Positions 18,729 through 28,100 of a DNA stretch of 64,000 nt are shown here, piece by piece. The notes below the pieces were generated by a model, which saw only the letters and a list, made by a program, of their open reading frames with translations, had not been told where the DNA came from and searched no databases. Position 1 is the stretch's first letter. Each line of letters opens with the position of its first letter. The stretch covers positions 14,137-78,136 of the forward strand of contig CALEWY010000012.1 of assembly GCA_937925335.1 (NCBI GenBank), given 5' to 3'. This stretch comes from an uncultured Acidimicrobiales bacterium (lineage in GTDB: Bacteria > Actinomycetota > Acidimicrobiia > Acidimicrobiales > SZUA-35). A program made the translations under genes and the position numbers.

Positions 18729-20849
18729 ATGACCACGATCGAGAACGACCAAAACGGTTCGACCCCGCTCACCCAACCGTGGACCGGGCCCTATGGCGGC
18801 GTGCCACCCTGGGAGTCGGTCGACACCTCGGACTTCATCGCTGCCTTCGATGCGGCAATCGAACGATCGAACGCCGAGATCGATGCCATTGCGAACAATC
18901 CTGAGGCCGCAAGCTTCGAGAACACGATCGCAGCGCTTGAGCGAAGCGGCGGAACACTCGAACGCCTGACGGCGATCTTCGAGGTGCACACCCACAACCT
19001 CAACGTCGACCCGATTCCTGACATCGAACGCGAAGTTGGTCCGAAGCTGGCCGCGTTCTCCGACTCCGTCGTGCAGAACCAAGCCCTGTTCGCCCGAATC
19101 AGCGCCGTCTACGAATCTCTCAACACCGCCGATGGTGCAACGATCAGCGATCCGGCTCGTCGTCTCGTCGAAGATCGCTACCGCTCGTTCATTCGCAACG
19201 GGGCAGAACTCGAAGCGGCCGACAAGGCTCGGCTTTCCGAGATCAACCAGCGCCTGGCTTTGCTCTTCACCGAGTTCTCGCAGAACGTCCTCTTCGACGA
19301 GGTCAATCAAGTCACCTGGATCGATGACGAGGCCGAACTCGAGGGCATGTCGGACAGTCTCATTGCATCGCTCGCCGCCGCAGCGACCGAGCAGGGCAAG
19401 GCAGGTTCATGGGCTGTGTTGAATACGCGATCGTCGATGGATCCGGTCCTCACCGACGCGGCAAACCGGGCGCTTCGAGAGCGCGTGTGGCGGACCTACT
19501 ACGGCCGGGGCGACGGTGCTCCCCACGGCGATCCGGCGCATGACAACAAGCCGCTCATCGTCGAGATGTTGAAGCTCCGAGCGGAACGAGCGAACCTCCT
19601 CGGGCACGAAACACACGCTCATTGGCGCCTCGAAGACACGATGGCCGGCTCGCCGGAAGCCGCCATGGGTTTGATGAACGCCGTGTGGCCAAAGGCGCGT
19701 GCTCGAGCGATCGAAGAGGTCGCCGACATGCAGCGCATCGCCGATGCCGAGGCGGAGGCCAACGGCACCGAAGCGATTGCGATCGAGCCGTGGGACTACC
19801 GCTTCTACGCCGAGAAGGTTCGCAAGGATCTCTACGACCTCGACTTCAACGAGGTAAAGCCCTATCTCCAAATGGAGAAGTTGATCGAGGCGATGCACTG
19901 GTGCTCGACCGAGCTGTACGGCCTTCACTACACGCCGGTTGAGAACGTCGACCAGGGGCCCGTTCCCGTCTTCCACAACGACGTGCGCGTCTGGCACGTC
20001 ACCGGTGCGAACGGCGAACACATCGGCCTGTGGTATCTCGACCCCTACGCACGCGAAGGCAAGCTCAGCGGCGCATGGATGACCGCCTATCGAGACCAAG
20101 AGAACATGGACGACGCAATCGCCACGCTCGTCTCGAACAACTCGAACTTCGTGAAGGGTGCGCCGGGCGAGGCGGTCCTCATCTCGTGGGATGACGCCAC
20201 CACGCTCTTCCACGAGTTTGGTCACGCACTACACGGGCTGCTGTCAAAGGTGGAGTACCCATCACAGTCCGGCACCTCGGTCGCCCGGGACTACGTCGAG
20301 TTCCCGTCGCAGATCAACGAGCACTGGCTCTCGACGCCCGAGGTGCTCAACCGATTCTGTCGCCATCACGAAACCGACGAACCGTTGCCGGCCGAGTTGA
20401 TCGAGCGGATGCAACGAGCCGAAACGTTCAACCAGGGATTCGACACCGTCGAATACTTGGCGAGCGCGTTGATGGACATGAAGCTCCATCTGGCCGGCGA
20501 TGCCGACATCGACCCGGCCACGTTCGAGGCCGAGACGCTCGCCGAGCTTGGGATGCCGTCCGAGATCGTCATGCGTCACCGCACGCCGCAGTTCGCTCAC
20601 ATCTTCTCGGGAGATTCCTACTCCGCTGGCTACTACAGCTACCTCTGGGCCGACGCGCTCACCGCCGACGCGGCCGAAGCCTTCACCGAAGGCGACGGAT
20701 ACTTCGACCGCTCGGTCGCGAAGAGCCTGCACGACAACGTGTTCTCGGTCGGCGACACCATCGATCCAGCTGCCGGGTTCCGGGCGTTCCGAGGCCGCGA
20801 CGTCGATACCGATGCGCTGCTCCGCAAGCGGGGCTTCCCGGTCGACTAA
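18729..20849 (+). CDS. dcp: M3 family peptidyl-dipeptidase
   Basis: 706 aa with the HEFGHALHG zinc motif and overall M3 (Dcp/oligopeptidase A) layout. Confidence 0.9.
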   Translation: MTTIENDQNGSTPLTQPWTGPYGGVPPWESVDTSDFIAAFDAAIERSNAEIDAIANNPEAASFENTIAALERSGGTLERLTAIFEVHTHNLNVDPIPDIEREVGPKLAAFSDSVVQNQALFARISAVYESLNTADGATISDPARRLVEDRYRSFIRNGAELEAADKARLSEINQRLALLFTEFSQNVLFDEVNQVTWIDDEAELEGMSDSLIASLAAAATEQGKAGSWAVLNTRSSMDPVLTDAANRALRERVWRTYYGRGDGAPHGDPAHDNKPLIVEMLKLRAERANLLGHETHAHWRLEDTMAGSPEAAMGLMNAVWPKARARAIEEVADMQRIADAEAEANGTEAIAIEPWDYRFYAEKVRKDLYDLDFNEVKPYLQMEKLIEAMHWCSTELYGLHYTPVENVDQGPVPVFHNDVRVWHVTGANGEHIGLWYLDPYAREGKLSGAWMTAYRDQENMDDAIATLVSNNSNFVKGAPGEAVLISWDDATTLFHEFGHALHGLLSKVEYPSQSGTSVARDYVEFPSQINEHWLSTPEVLNRFCRHHETDEPLPAELIERMQRAETFNQGFDTVEYLASALMDMKLHLAGDADIDPATFEAETLAELGMPSEIVMRHRTPQFAHIFSGDSYSAGYYSYLWADALTADAAEAFTEGDGYFDRSVAKSLHDNVFSVGDTIDPAAGFRAFRGRDVDTDALLRKRGFPVD

Positions 20850-20967
20850 CACTCAGAGGTCGGTGCGGCTCGGAGTTGGGCGACTCAGCAGTTGGCGCCC
20901 CTCAGAGGTCGGTGCAACTCAGGGTTTGAGCCAGCACAGGGTTTGAGGCAGCCCAGGGTTTGGGCGG

Positions 20968-21486
20968 CTACAGGCCGAGGTCGATCAATGCTTGGCGCAT
21001 CGTGCTCGTCATGTGGTCGAGGTAGTTCGGCTTCATCGCTTCGATGATCTGAATCAGATGCGCCTGGTCGTGGTAGGGCCATTCGTGGGCGAAGTCGCCA
21101 GCGGCATAGCCCGGCTCGCCGCGCACGCTACCGGTCAGCGTGAGTTGTTCTAGCGTAAGCGTCCGCACGATTGCAGCTGACTCAGTGCGCAGTTCGTCGA
21201 GCTCGGACAGCAACGAGTCGAGCGACTCCGCCGCAAAGTCTCTGGCTGCCATACCCGGTCGCGGATCGAAGCCTGCGACCTCGTTGGCTCCCTCGGCGAG
21301 TTCGACCGTGCGCCCACGGAACGCTCCAAGTTCGCAATCGATCAGGTGGCCGATCACCTCGAGCACGCACCACTCACCTGGCGCAGGCTTGGCGACGAGT
21401 GCGTCGCGAGTTGCGTGGCCGAGCAGCTCTCGCAGCACAGTCGGAAACGCTTCAATCGAGTCCGCCAGTTCGTTCACGTCGAGCAT
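20968..21486 (-). CDS. DinB family protein
   Basis: 172 aa with the DinB_2 pattern (GEWCVLEVIGHLIDCE ... HEWPYHDQAHLIQI). Confidence 0.8.
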   Translation of the reverse strand: MLDVNELADSIEAFPTVLRELLGHATRDALVAKPAPGEWCVLEVIGHLIDCELGAFRGRTVELAEGANEVAGFDPRPGMAARDFAAESLDSLLSELDELRTESAAIVRTLTLEQLTLTGSVRGEPGYAAGDFAHEWPYHDQAHLIQIIEAMKPNYLDHMTSTMRQALIDLGL

Positions 21487-21568
21487 TCGAGAACCCTATT
21501 CGCTTCCGGTTGGAGCAGCCGATTTGCCACTTGCTGCGTTGCGTTCAGAGCGGCATTGAGGCGTCTCT

Positions 21569-22264
21569 TCACTCGCGGGTTCGCACATCCAAGTCATCGA
21601 GCGCTCCCACGTTGAGGTCGACTCGGCCGTCGACTCCCTCAACCCAATACACACCGCCAAGTTGCCAGATCGGCAGGGGCTCACCGGGTCGGCGTAGGAA
21701 GTTGAGCGCCCACTCCGGACGGTCGAACCACTCGAATGGTTGGTAGACCTCGACGAATTCTGCGCCGACATTGAACACCAGCTCGCGACCAGCCGCTTGT
21801 TCGACCAACTCGACGAAGGTTGAGAGTTCGGTCTTCATCTCCCCCCGGCTCGGCAACGTTGTGCAGTTGCCAGCGATCTCCAGGTCGACCGCGGGTGGAA
21901 GGTCGGCCGAATCAAAGTCGACGATCGAGATGAAGTGATCAGCTTGCTCGCGACCCGGCGAGCAGAATGTGAAGAAGTGATAGGGACCGATCAGCAAGTC
22001 GGTGGCCGAGGATGCACGCCAGTTCTCCTCGAATCGGGGGTCGATCCAATCCATGCCCTCGGTCGCTTTGATGTAGACAAACTCAGCTTCAGAATCGGCA
22101 ACAGCTGGCCAGTCGATCGGGCCTTGATGGTGCGAAACATCGATCCCGAAGACTTCTCCTGACTCGAGGCCAGGGCGGTAGTTCGGAAGCCACCACCACC
22201 AGACGATCGTTGCGACAAGCGCAACACTCAGTACACATCCGCTCAACCATTTGAGAACCCGCAC
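21569..22264 (-). CDS. GH25 muramidase with N-terminal membrane anchor
   Basis: GIDVSHHQGPIDW...FVYIKATEG...GPYHFF motifs follow the TM segment LSVALVATIVWWWWL. Confidence 0.85.
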   Translation of the reverse strand: MRVLKWLSGCVLSVALVATIVWWWWLPNYRPGLESGEVFGIDVSHHQGPIDWPAVADSEAEFVYIKATEGMDWIDPRFEENWRASSATDLLIGPYHFFTFCSPGREQADHFISIVDFDSADLPPAVDLEIAGNCTTLPSRGEMKTELSTFVELVEQAAGRELVFNVGAEFVEVYQPFEWFDRPEWALNFLRRPGEPLPIWQLGGVYWVEGVDGRVDLNVGALDDLDVRTRE

Positions 22265-22633
22265 GCCCTCAATAGTCGCGGCCCGACAGGCCGAGGAGTC
22301 GTCGGGCCACGTAGTGGTCCACAGTCGACAGCACTCGATCGGTCGGCGGCACCTTCATCGTCGGTGCAAGCCCTGGCTCCCACTGCAACAACATGCATAA
22401 GGTTGCTTCATCATGAATTTGTCTAAGCAGGTCAGTGCAGGGGGCAGTGTGCGTGGGCAGTACCCCACAATTGGTGCAGGGTGACAGGGGTTGGCCGTGT
22501 CACGGACACGGTCGTCGGCGGTTGAACCGGAGGGGTAGCCCCTTGTTCATCGCTGAGATACCCCCGAACTGCGCCGTTTGGGTTCAGGGGTACCCCCGAT
22601 TCGTGATCGTCAGCCCTTTCCTAGGTTGCAGAC

Positions 22634-22819
22634 ATGACCGACCTCGGAACACACGAAGGACACCGCAACACCCGCTACTTCCTCGGGCACCAGATCCTCC
22701 GGCACTCCGGCCGGGGTTGCCGTTGGTTCACCATCGACGAGGGCCAGCAGCGCTTCGACAGCTCACAGGCCGCGGTGCAGTTCATCCGCTCACTCGAGCC
22801 GATTCAGCTCGCCGCCTGA
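22634..22819 (+). CDS. hypothetical small protein
   Basis: 61-aa ORF with G/C-rich third positions. The SD is weak and no family was recognised. Confidence 0.4.
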   Translation: MTDLGTHEGHRNTRYFLGHQILRHSGRGCRWFTIDEGQQRFDSSQAAVQFIRSLEPIQLAA

Positions 22820-22909
22820 GCGACCGCTGTTCGGACCAAACTGCACCCTGGTCGACTACCTGAACGAATCTGCCTGAACGAATCTGCCTCGACCAAAGCC
22901 GCCAACACA

Positions 22910-24439
22910 CTACGAACCGGAATCGACCACCGTGATCGTGATCGTCCGGGTCACCCCAGCGTCGCCCCCTGCATCGGCTTCATCGAATGGTGTGACGGAG
23001 ATGACGAATTCTCCCGGGACGAGATCCCACTGGCCGTAGTGGCTGTAGTCACCTTGCTGGTCTCCAAACATGGCAAACGGCAGGACGCTCTCGATTCGGA
23101 TGTGTTCGCCGTCGTTGAGATCGAATCGAACGCTCGCCACATCGACCGTTGCGTCGGCTCGCATGTTGAGCGCCGAACCAATCTCCGCGATGTCGAGAAC
23201 CTGGCCATCGTGAAGGCCGACGACATCCTCGTCAGTCTCGGCATCGACCAGCGTGAGGCCGGTCACACCCGCCGGCCACGATGCTGGAGGTCGATCGTCG
23301 ACGACCGTGAAGGAGAGGACCGTCGCCTCCGCCCGCTCGCCGGAACGGTTTGGCCCAGAGAATGGCGTCACCGAAACCTGGATCGGCCCGGGTGTTGGCG
23401 TCCAACCGCCACCGGGAGCCATGACGAACGGCGCCGCTGAATCCGTCGCTCCTCGGCGATCGACGACGAAACGAACGCTGATCACATCAGCACCAGCATC
23501 CGCCTTGATGCCGAATCGGTCGGGAAGGTCGGTGAGGTTCACGGTGGCACCATCGGTCACCTGAACCGCTTCGACGCCTGTCGCAGGGTCGGTGATCACG
23601 ATCGACCGAATCAAGAGATCGAGCGGCGCTGGATCACCCGAGTCGAAGACTGGCGCATCGTCGGTGATGCCCTCGTCAGCGGTGCCGTCAGCGCCCTGCC
23701 CCGTGTCGTCAGCACTGCCGTCAGCGCTGCCGCCACCAGGACCGACGGTGCCGTCATCAGAGCGGGAGTGGGTGGATTCAGAATCATCAGAGCCATCGAC
23801 GACGTTGGTCGAGTCGTCGGCGGTTGCATCGGTCGACACGGCTCCGTCGTCACTTCCGGACACCCCTGATGCCTCGTCGGTCAGGTCGACCGGATCGTCA
23901 CCACCTGGGATCGGCAGGCCTTCAAGATCTCGACTGGAGCCGGTGTCATCCCCAAATGGCAGCTCGGATACTTCTGGCACCGAGTCGGCCGGCGTTTCGG
24001 TCAACACTTGGCTCGCTCCGGTCGCAGCGAGCCCAACGACGACCAGAACCGCAGCCGCGACGGCTCCGAGGAAGGCGAAGCGCCGGCGGTTGCCTTCGGG
24101 TTGCGCCGATCCCGGGAACGCAAGAACGTTCTCACCACCAGCGCCGCCTGCTGGATCCTCGTCGAACTCGTTCCAGTCGAAGGACGTCGGCGCAAGATCT
24201 GCGTTGGTGTCGGGGTCGAGCAGCACAACCGGAGCCAACACGTCGTTGTCATTCGAGCAATCGTTGTCTGGGGTAGCGAGCGAGGCTCGGACGTCACGAG
24301 CGGACCGGGCGGCGAGCGCGCTCACCCATGACCCGTCGACGTCAGCGGCGAGCTCGGCATTGACCGAGTCGGTCCAGTCGTCGAATATCTCTTGTTCACC
24401 AGCGCTGAGCTGGTCCATCTCTTCGTCGCGCATCGTCAT
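22910..24439 (-). CDS. anti-sigma factor with two extracytoplasmic beta-sandwich-like repeats
   Basis: ATG 24439 overlaps the sigma stop (ATGA). It has one TM helix (FAFLGAVAAAVLVVVGLAATGA), an acidic linker, then two repeats of about 110 aa that are homologous to repeats in the 25185..28631 protein. Confidence 0.65.
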   Translation of the reverse strand: MTMRDEEMDQLSAGEQEIFDDWTDSVNAELAADVDGSWVSALAARSARDVRASLATPDNDCSNDNDVLAPVVLLDPDTNADLAPTSFDWNEFDEDPAGGAGGENVLAFPGSAQPEGNRRRFAFLGAVAAAVLVVVGLAATGASQVLTETPADSVPEVSELPFGDDTGSSRDLEGLPIPGGDDPVDLTDEASGVSGSDDGAVSTDATADDSTNVVDGSDDSESTHSRSDDGTVGPGGGSADGSADDTGQGADGTADEGITDDAPVFDSGDPAPLDLLIRSIVITDPATGVEAVQVTDGATVNLTDLPDRFGIKADAGADVISVRFVVDRRGATDSAAPFVMAPGGGWTPTPGPIQVSVTPFSGPNRSGERAEATVLSFTVVDDRPPASWPAGVTGLTLVDAETDEDVVGLHDGQVLDIAEIGSALNMRADATVDVASVRFDLNDGEHIRIESVLPFAMFGDQQGDYSHYGQWDLVPGEFVISVTPFDEADAGGDAGVTRTITITVVDSGS

Positions 24440-25080
24440 GACGGTGCGACCTCCTCCAGCGTGCGGGTCAATCGTTTGAGGGCACGAAAGCGAAGCGCTC
24501 GTACCCCGCCTTGTTTCTTGCCGAGCATCGTTGCGATCTGCGCTGTCGACAGCTGGCCGAGCACGCTCAGCCGGATCACTTCGGCCTGGTCGATGGGCAG
24601 TTCGTCGATCAACGCGCTCGCTTCACCAGTGGAGAACCGAGCGAGGACGGCTGCCTCGGGATCATCCGCACTGACCGCTCGGTCGATTTCAGAGTCGTCG
24701 TCACTCGCTTGGGGGCGAACCGACCGCTTTCGATAGTCGTCGATCACGAGGCGATGCATGATCGTGAAGGTCCATGCTCGGAAGTCGGCCTCGTCACCGT
24801 CGAAGTCAGCGATTTTCTTTGTGATCCGAAGGAACACTTCGCCGACCGCATCTTCAGGGTCCGGCGCTCCCTTCGATCGGGCGTAGCCGAGGAGCTGGCC
24901 GGCGACGCTGCCGATCAAGACGTTCCACGCCGCATCCTCACCGCGTTGAGCGGCGGCCAAGAGGCCATCGAAATCGTGGAGCGACGGCGTGTGATCAGAG
25001 GACCGACGGCGCGGCACGCCACCCGGATACCGGGACACCGATTGCGGTGTCGACGAAGAGGAGGGCGATGACAAAACCAT
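24436..25080 (-). CDS. ECF sigma factor
   Basis: The start is taken at ATG 25080. Region 2 (FLRITKKIADFDGDEADFRAWTFTIMHRLVIDDYRKR) and region 4 (LPIDQAEVIRLSVLGQLSTAQIATMLGKKQGGVRALRFRALKRL) are present. Confidence 0.85.
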   Translation of the reverse strand: MVLSSPSSSSTPQSVSRYPGGVPRRRSSDHTPSLHDFDGLLAAAQRGEDAAWNVLIGSVAGQLLGYARSKGAPDPEDAVGEVFLRITKKIADFDGDEADFRAWTFTIMHRLVIDDYRKRSVRPQASDDDSEIDRAVSADDPEAAVLARFSTGEASALIDELPIDQAEVIRLSVLGQLSTAQIATMLGKKQGGVRALRFRALKRLTRTLEEVAPS

Positions 25081-25184
25081 ACGAGGCAAAGCGAGCCGGG
25101 CCGGGCTCTCCTTGTTGTCGACACAGCTGGCGCAGAGCTGTAGCGACGGTGTCCACGGGGACTGCAAGGGGAGCCCGGTCCGCA

Positions 25185-28100
25185 TCAGCCGACCCGAGGT
25201 GACTCGGGCCGACTGAGGTCGGTGGCGGTGTTGGTGGCAACATCCCCGCCGTCTCCGTTGCCGGAGCGATAGAGAACAAATCGATCGATGCGGTGACCCG
25301 CCGAACGACCAGAGATCTCGATCGTGTAGGTGCCTGGTGAATCGAAGCGAGCAAACACGGAGTGGGCGTCGCTGTCGCTGGTGTTCGACGTCCAACCGAA
25401 CTGGCCGTTCGATCCGCCGGATCGGAAGATCTTGAACCAACCATCCTTCGTGGCTCCCTCAACGATCGGTCCGGAGCAGTCATTGCCAGGAAGCGGATGA
25501 CGTGGGCACTTGATGCTGGAGCCACGCTCGCCATAGAAGGAGTCGCCGTGGATCCGGAGCCATGAATCGTTCGACTCGGTCGGGTTCGTTCCTTCGCCGA
25601 AGGCGTTGTACCACTGGAAGCGATAGCTGCCGGGTTCGTCGATCTGGACCTGCACGGTGATGGTGCCATTGCCAGGTGTGCCGAAGTTGTTCGATCCGCC
25701 CCACTTGATGGAGCTACGGCCGGCCTGGGTGTGGGTGGTCCACGGGCTCGGTGCGTTCAACGACTCCGACTCGACAACCACCACACCATCAACCGCCTGG
25801 AACGCACCGTCGCTTGACGGTTGGGTGGTCGGTGCTTGGGTGGTCGGCGCTTGCGTAGTCGGCGCTTGCGTAGTCGGCGCTTGGGTCGTTGGCGGCTGGG
25901 TCGTTGGCGGCTGCGTTGTCGGAGCTTGGGTCGTTGGTGAGGTCGACGAGCGGACCACCTGGACGGTGATCGAGCGTGTCGTACCCGCCGTTCCCTGGGC
26001 GCCGTCGGCGCCAAACGGTGTGGCGGCAATGGTGTAGGTGCCGGGTGCGGGCGACCACTTGAGGTAGTCGCTGTTTCGATCACCGGCGAGGGCGTACGGA
26101 GCGATGTTCTCAACCCGCAGACGGTTGCCGTTCAGGTCGAATCGGACACTCTCCACGCTGGCGGCTGCGTCCGCTCGAACGTTGAGCGAGGAACCAACAG
26201 CCGAGAGATCGATGACCGAGCCGTCGACGAGCGCTCCGAGATCTTGATCGGTGTTGGAGTCGACGAGCACGAAGCCCGAGATGTCGCTCGATGGCACGGT
26301 TGTTGGAGCGGTGGTGGTCGGCGCAGCGGTCGTCGGGACCGTTGCGTCGTCGATGATCGTCACCGTGATCGTTCGACTCTCACCAGCCGATCCACTCGCG
26401 CCTTGCTCGGTGTAGGGCGTTGCCGAGATCGTGTGAGTGCCAAGCGTCGGCTCCCACGAATCGAAGTAGTCACCATCGGTGTCCCCAAAGAGGGCGAACG
26501 GTGCAACGTTCTCAAGACGGAACCGCTGGTTGCCATCGAGACCAAACCGAACGCTCGAAGTGTCAGCTCCGGCGTTCGCCCGAATCGTGATGGACGAGCC
26601 AACGTCGGCGAGGTTGATGACCGCACCATCGGTGAGACCCGCTATGTCGGTGTCAGAATCCGCGTCGACGAGCACGAACCCGTCGATCAGGTTTCCAGTC
26701 GTCGGAGCAGCGGTTGTTGGAGCCTGGCTCGTTGGTGCTGCCGTGGTCGGTGGCTGGGTCGTTGGAGCCTGCGTGGTCGGTGGCACGGTGCCGTCGAGGG
26801 TCAACATCACCGCCCAGTCCTCACCGGTTTGGTTCGGCGCCGATCCGAGATCGACCGTTGCGCCACCCGTGACCGAGCCGCTCCTCGTGTATTCGCCGGT
26901 GCGTGGGTTGAACCACGAGACGATGTAGGTGGCGCTGTCGCCCCTCAGATCGAGACGGAGGTTGGAGCCGGTGCGGTCGTTGAAGACGGCGTAGCTCTCA
27001 CCGGGCTTGGCGAGCACGTAGGTGTTGCCTGTTGGGCCGCTGCCGAGGTTGTGGTTCGGTGCCATCTCCTGCACCGGCAACACATCGAAGAAGCCTGTTG
27101 CGTAGCCGGTCCACGTGAGGGCCGGGCCGAGGATGGAGAAGTCGTCGATCTGCTGGTCGAAGCTGTGGCCGCCGCCGTCTTGTTGGACGTACCACTCAAA
27201 GCCGCCACCACCGCTCATGTAGAGCGGCCACATCTTGTCTCGACGAGCTGCGATGTAGCCGCGCGTCGTGTCGGTGAGGTCGTTGTGAATCGGTTGGGGT
27301 TCGTCCATCGACACGACGAGAGGCGTGCCGGCAGCAGCGGAACGATCACGCCATTCGATGACGAGGTCCGACATATCGGTGCGGGACTGGGTTCCCTGGA
27401 AGGCCGTGATGTCAAAGTCCTCATTGCCGAGAAGCGGTCCGTAGAACTCCTCGAACCGGTTGGTATGCGTGTGTGTGGTCACGGCGTTGTCGTAGCCGTC
27501 GATGCTCTTCAGGTAGTCGGCGAACTCACGATGGCGAGCGGTTCCGTAATCGTTCTCCTCGCCGATGTCCCACTCGACGCCGAGGTTGTGGCCAAAGCGT
27601 GCGACGAGCTCTCGGTAGAAGAGGCGCCGTTCGTTGCCGAGCTGTCCGTTATCGAAGAAGTTCTCGTTGCCGGGTTCGGTCTCGGCCAACACGATGTGGA
27701 GGTAGATGCCCTGTGTTTGAGCGTGGTCGAACACCATGCCCCATTGATCGAGCTTCGAAAGGTCGTAGCGGCTTCGCTCTGTCTCGCTCACCATCGGGAA
27801 GGTGTCCCGGCCGTCGCCGCCGAGATTCATCGGCAGGAAGTAGATGTTGTTCGCACCGGTGCGGTTCAAATAGTTGAGGGCGCCGATGATGGCGCGGCCG
27901 TCGTTGAGCCCAGGGTTGTCGGGAGAGTCCCAATCGGGATCGCCGGGGTTCCAGTCGCCAACGTGCGAATCGAAGTCGTGGCCAGCGTCTGGTGTGTTGT
28001 CAAAGCCGACATAACCAAGGAAGTTCTCGGGGATGTTGGCGCCGCCCTTGATGAACGCATCGCCGCTGCCTTCGAACGTGAGGTAGTGCCCGCCGGTGTT

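Noticed and set aside
22861-22888. 14-bp tandem duplicate tgaacgaatctgcc x2, sharing the 10-mer ctgaacgaat with the 15-bp periodic repeats at 60380..60452
   Set aside because: The 60380..60452 repeats are coding, specifying the SAPIRS/SVSFRS n-region of a lipoprotein signal peptide. The shared 10-mer is short enough to be coincidence, so I saw no basis for a functional link.
25081-25440. 120-codon upstream extension of the ECF sigma ORF
   Set aside because: It is Arg/His/Cys-rich and overlaps the 3' end of the hydrolase gene. The sigma region-2 homology begins after ATG 25080.
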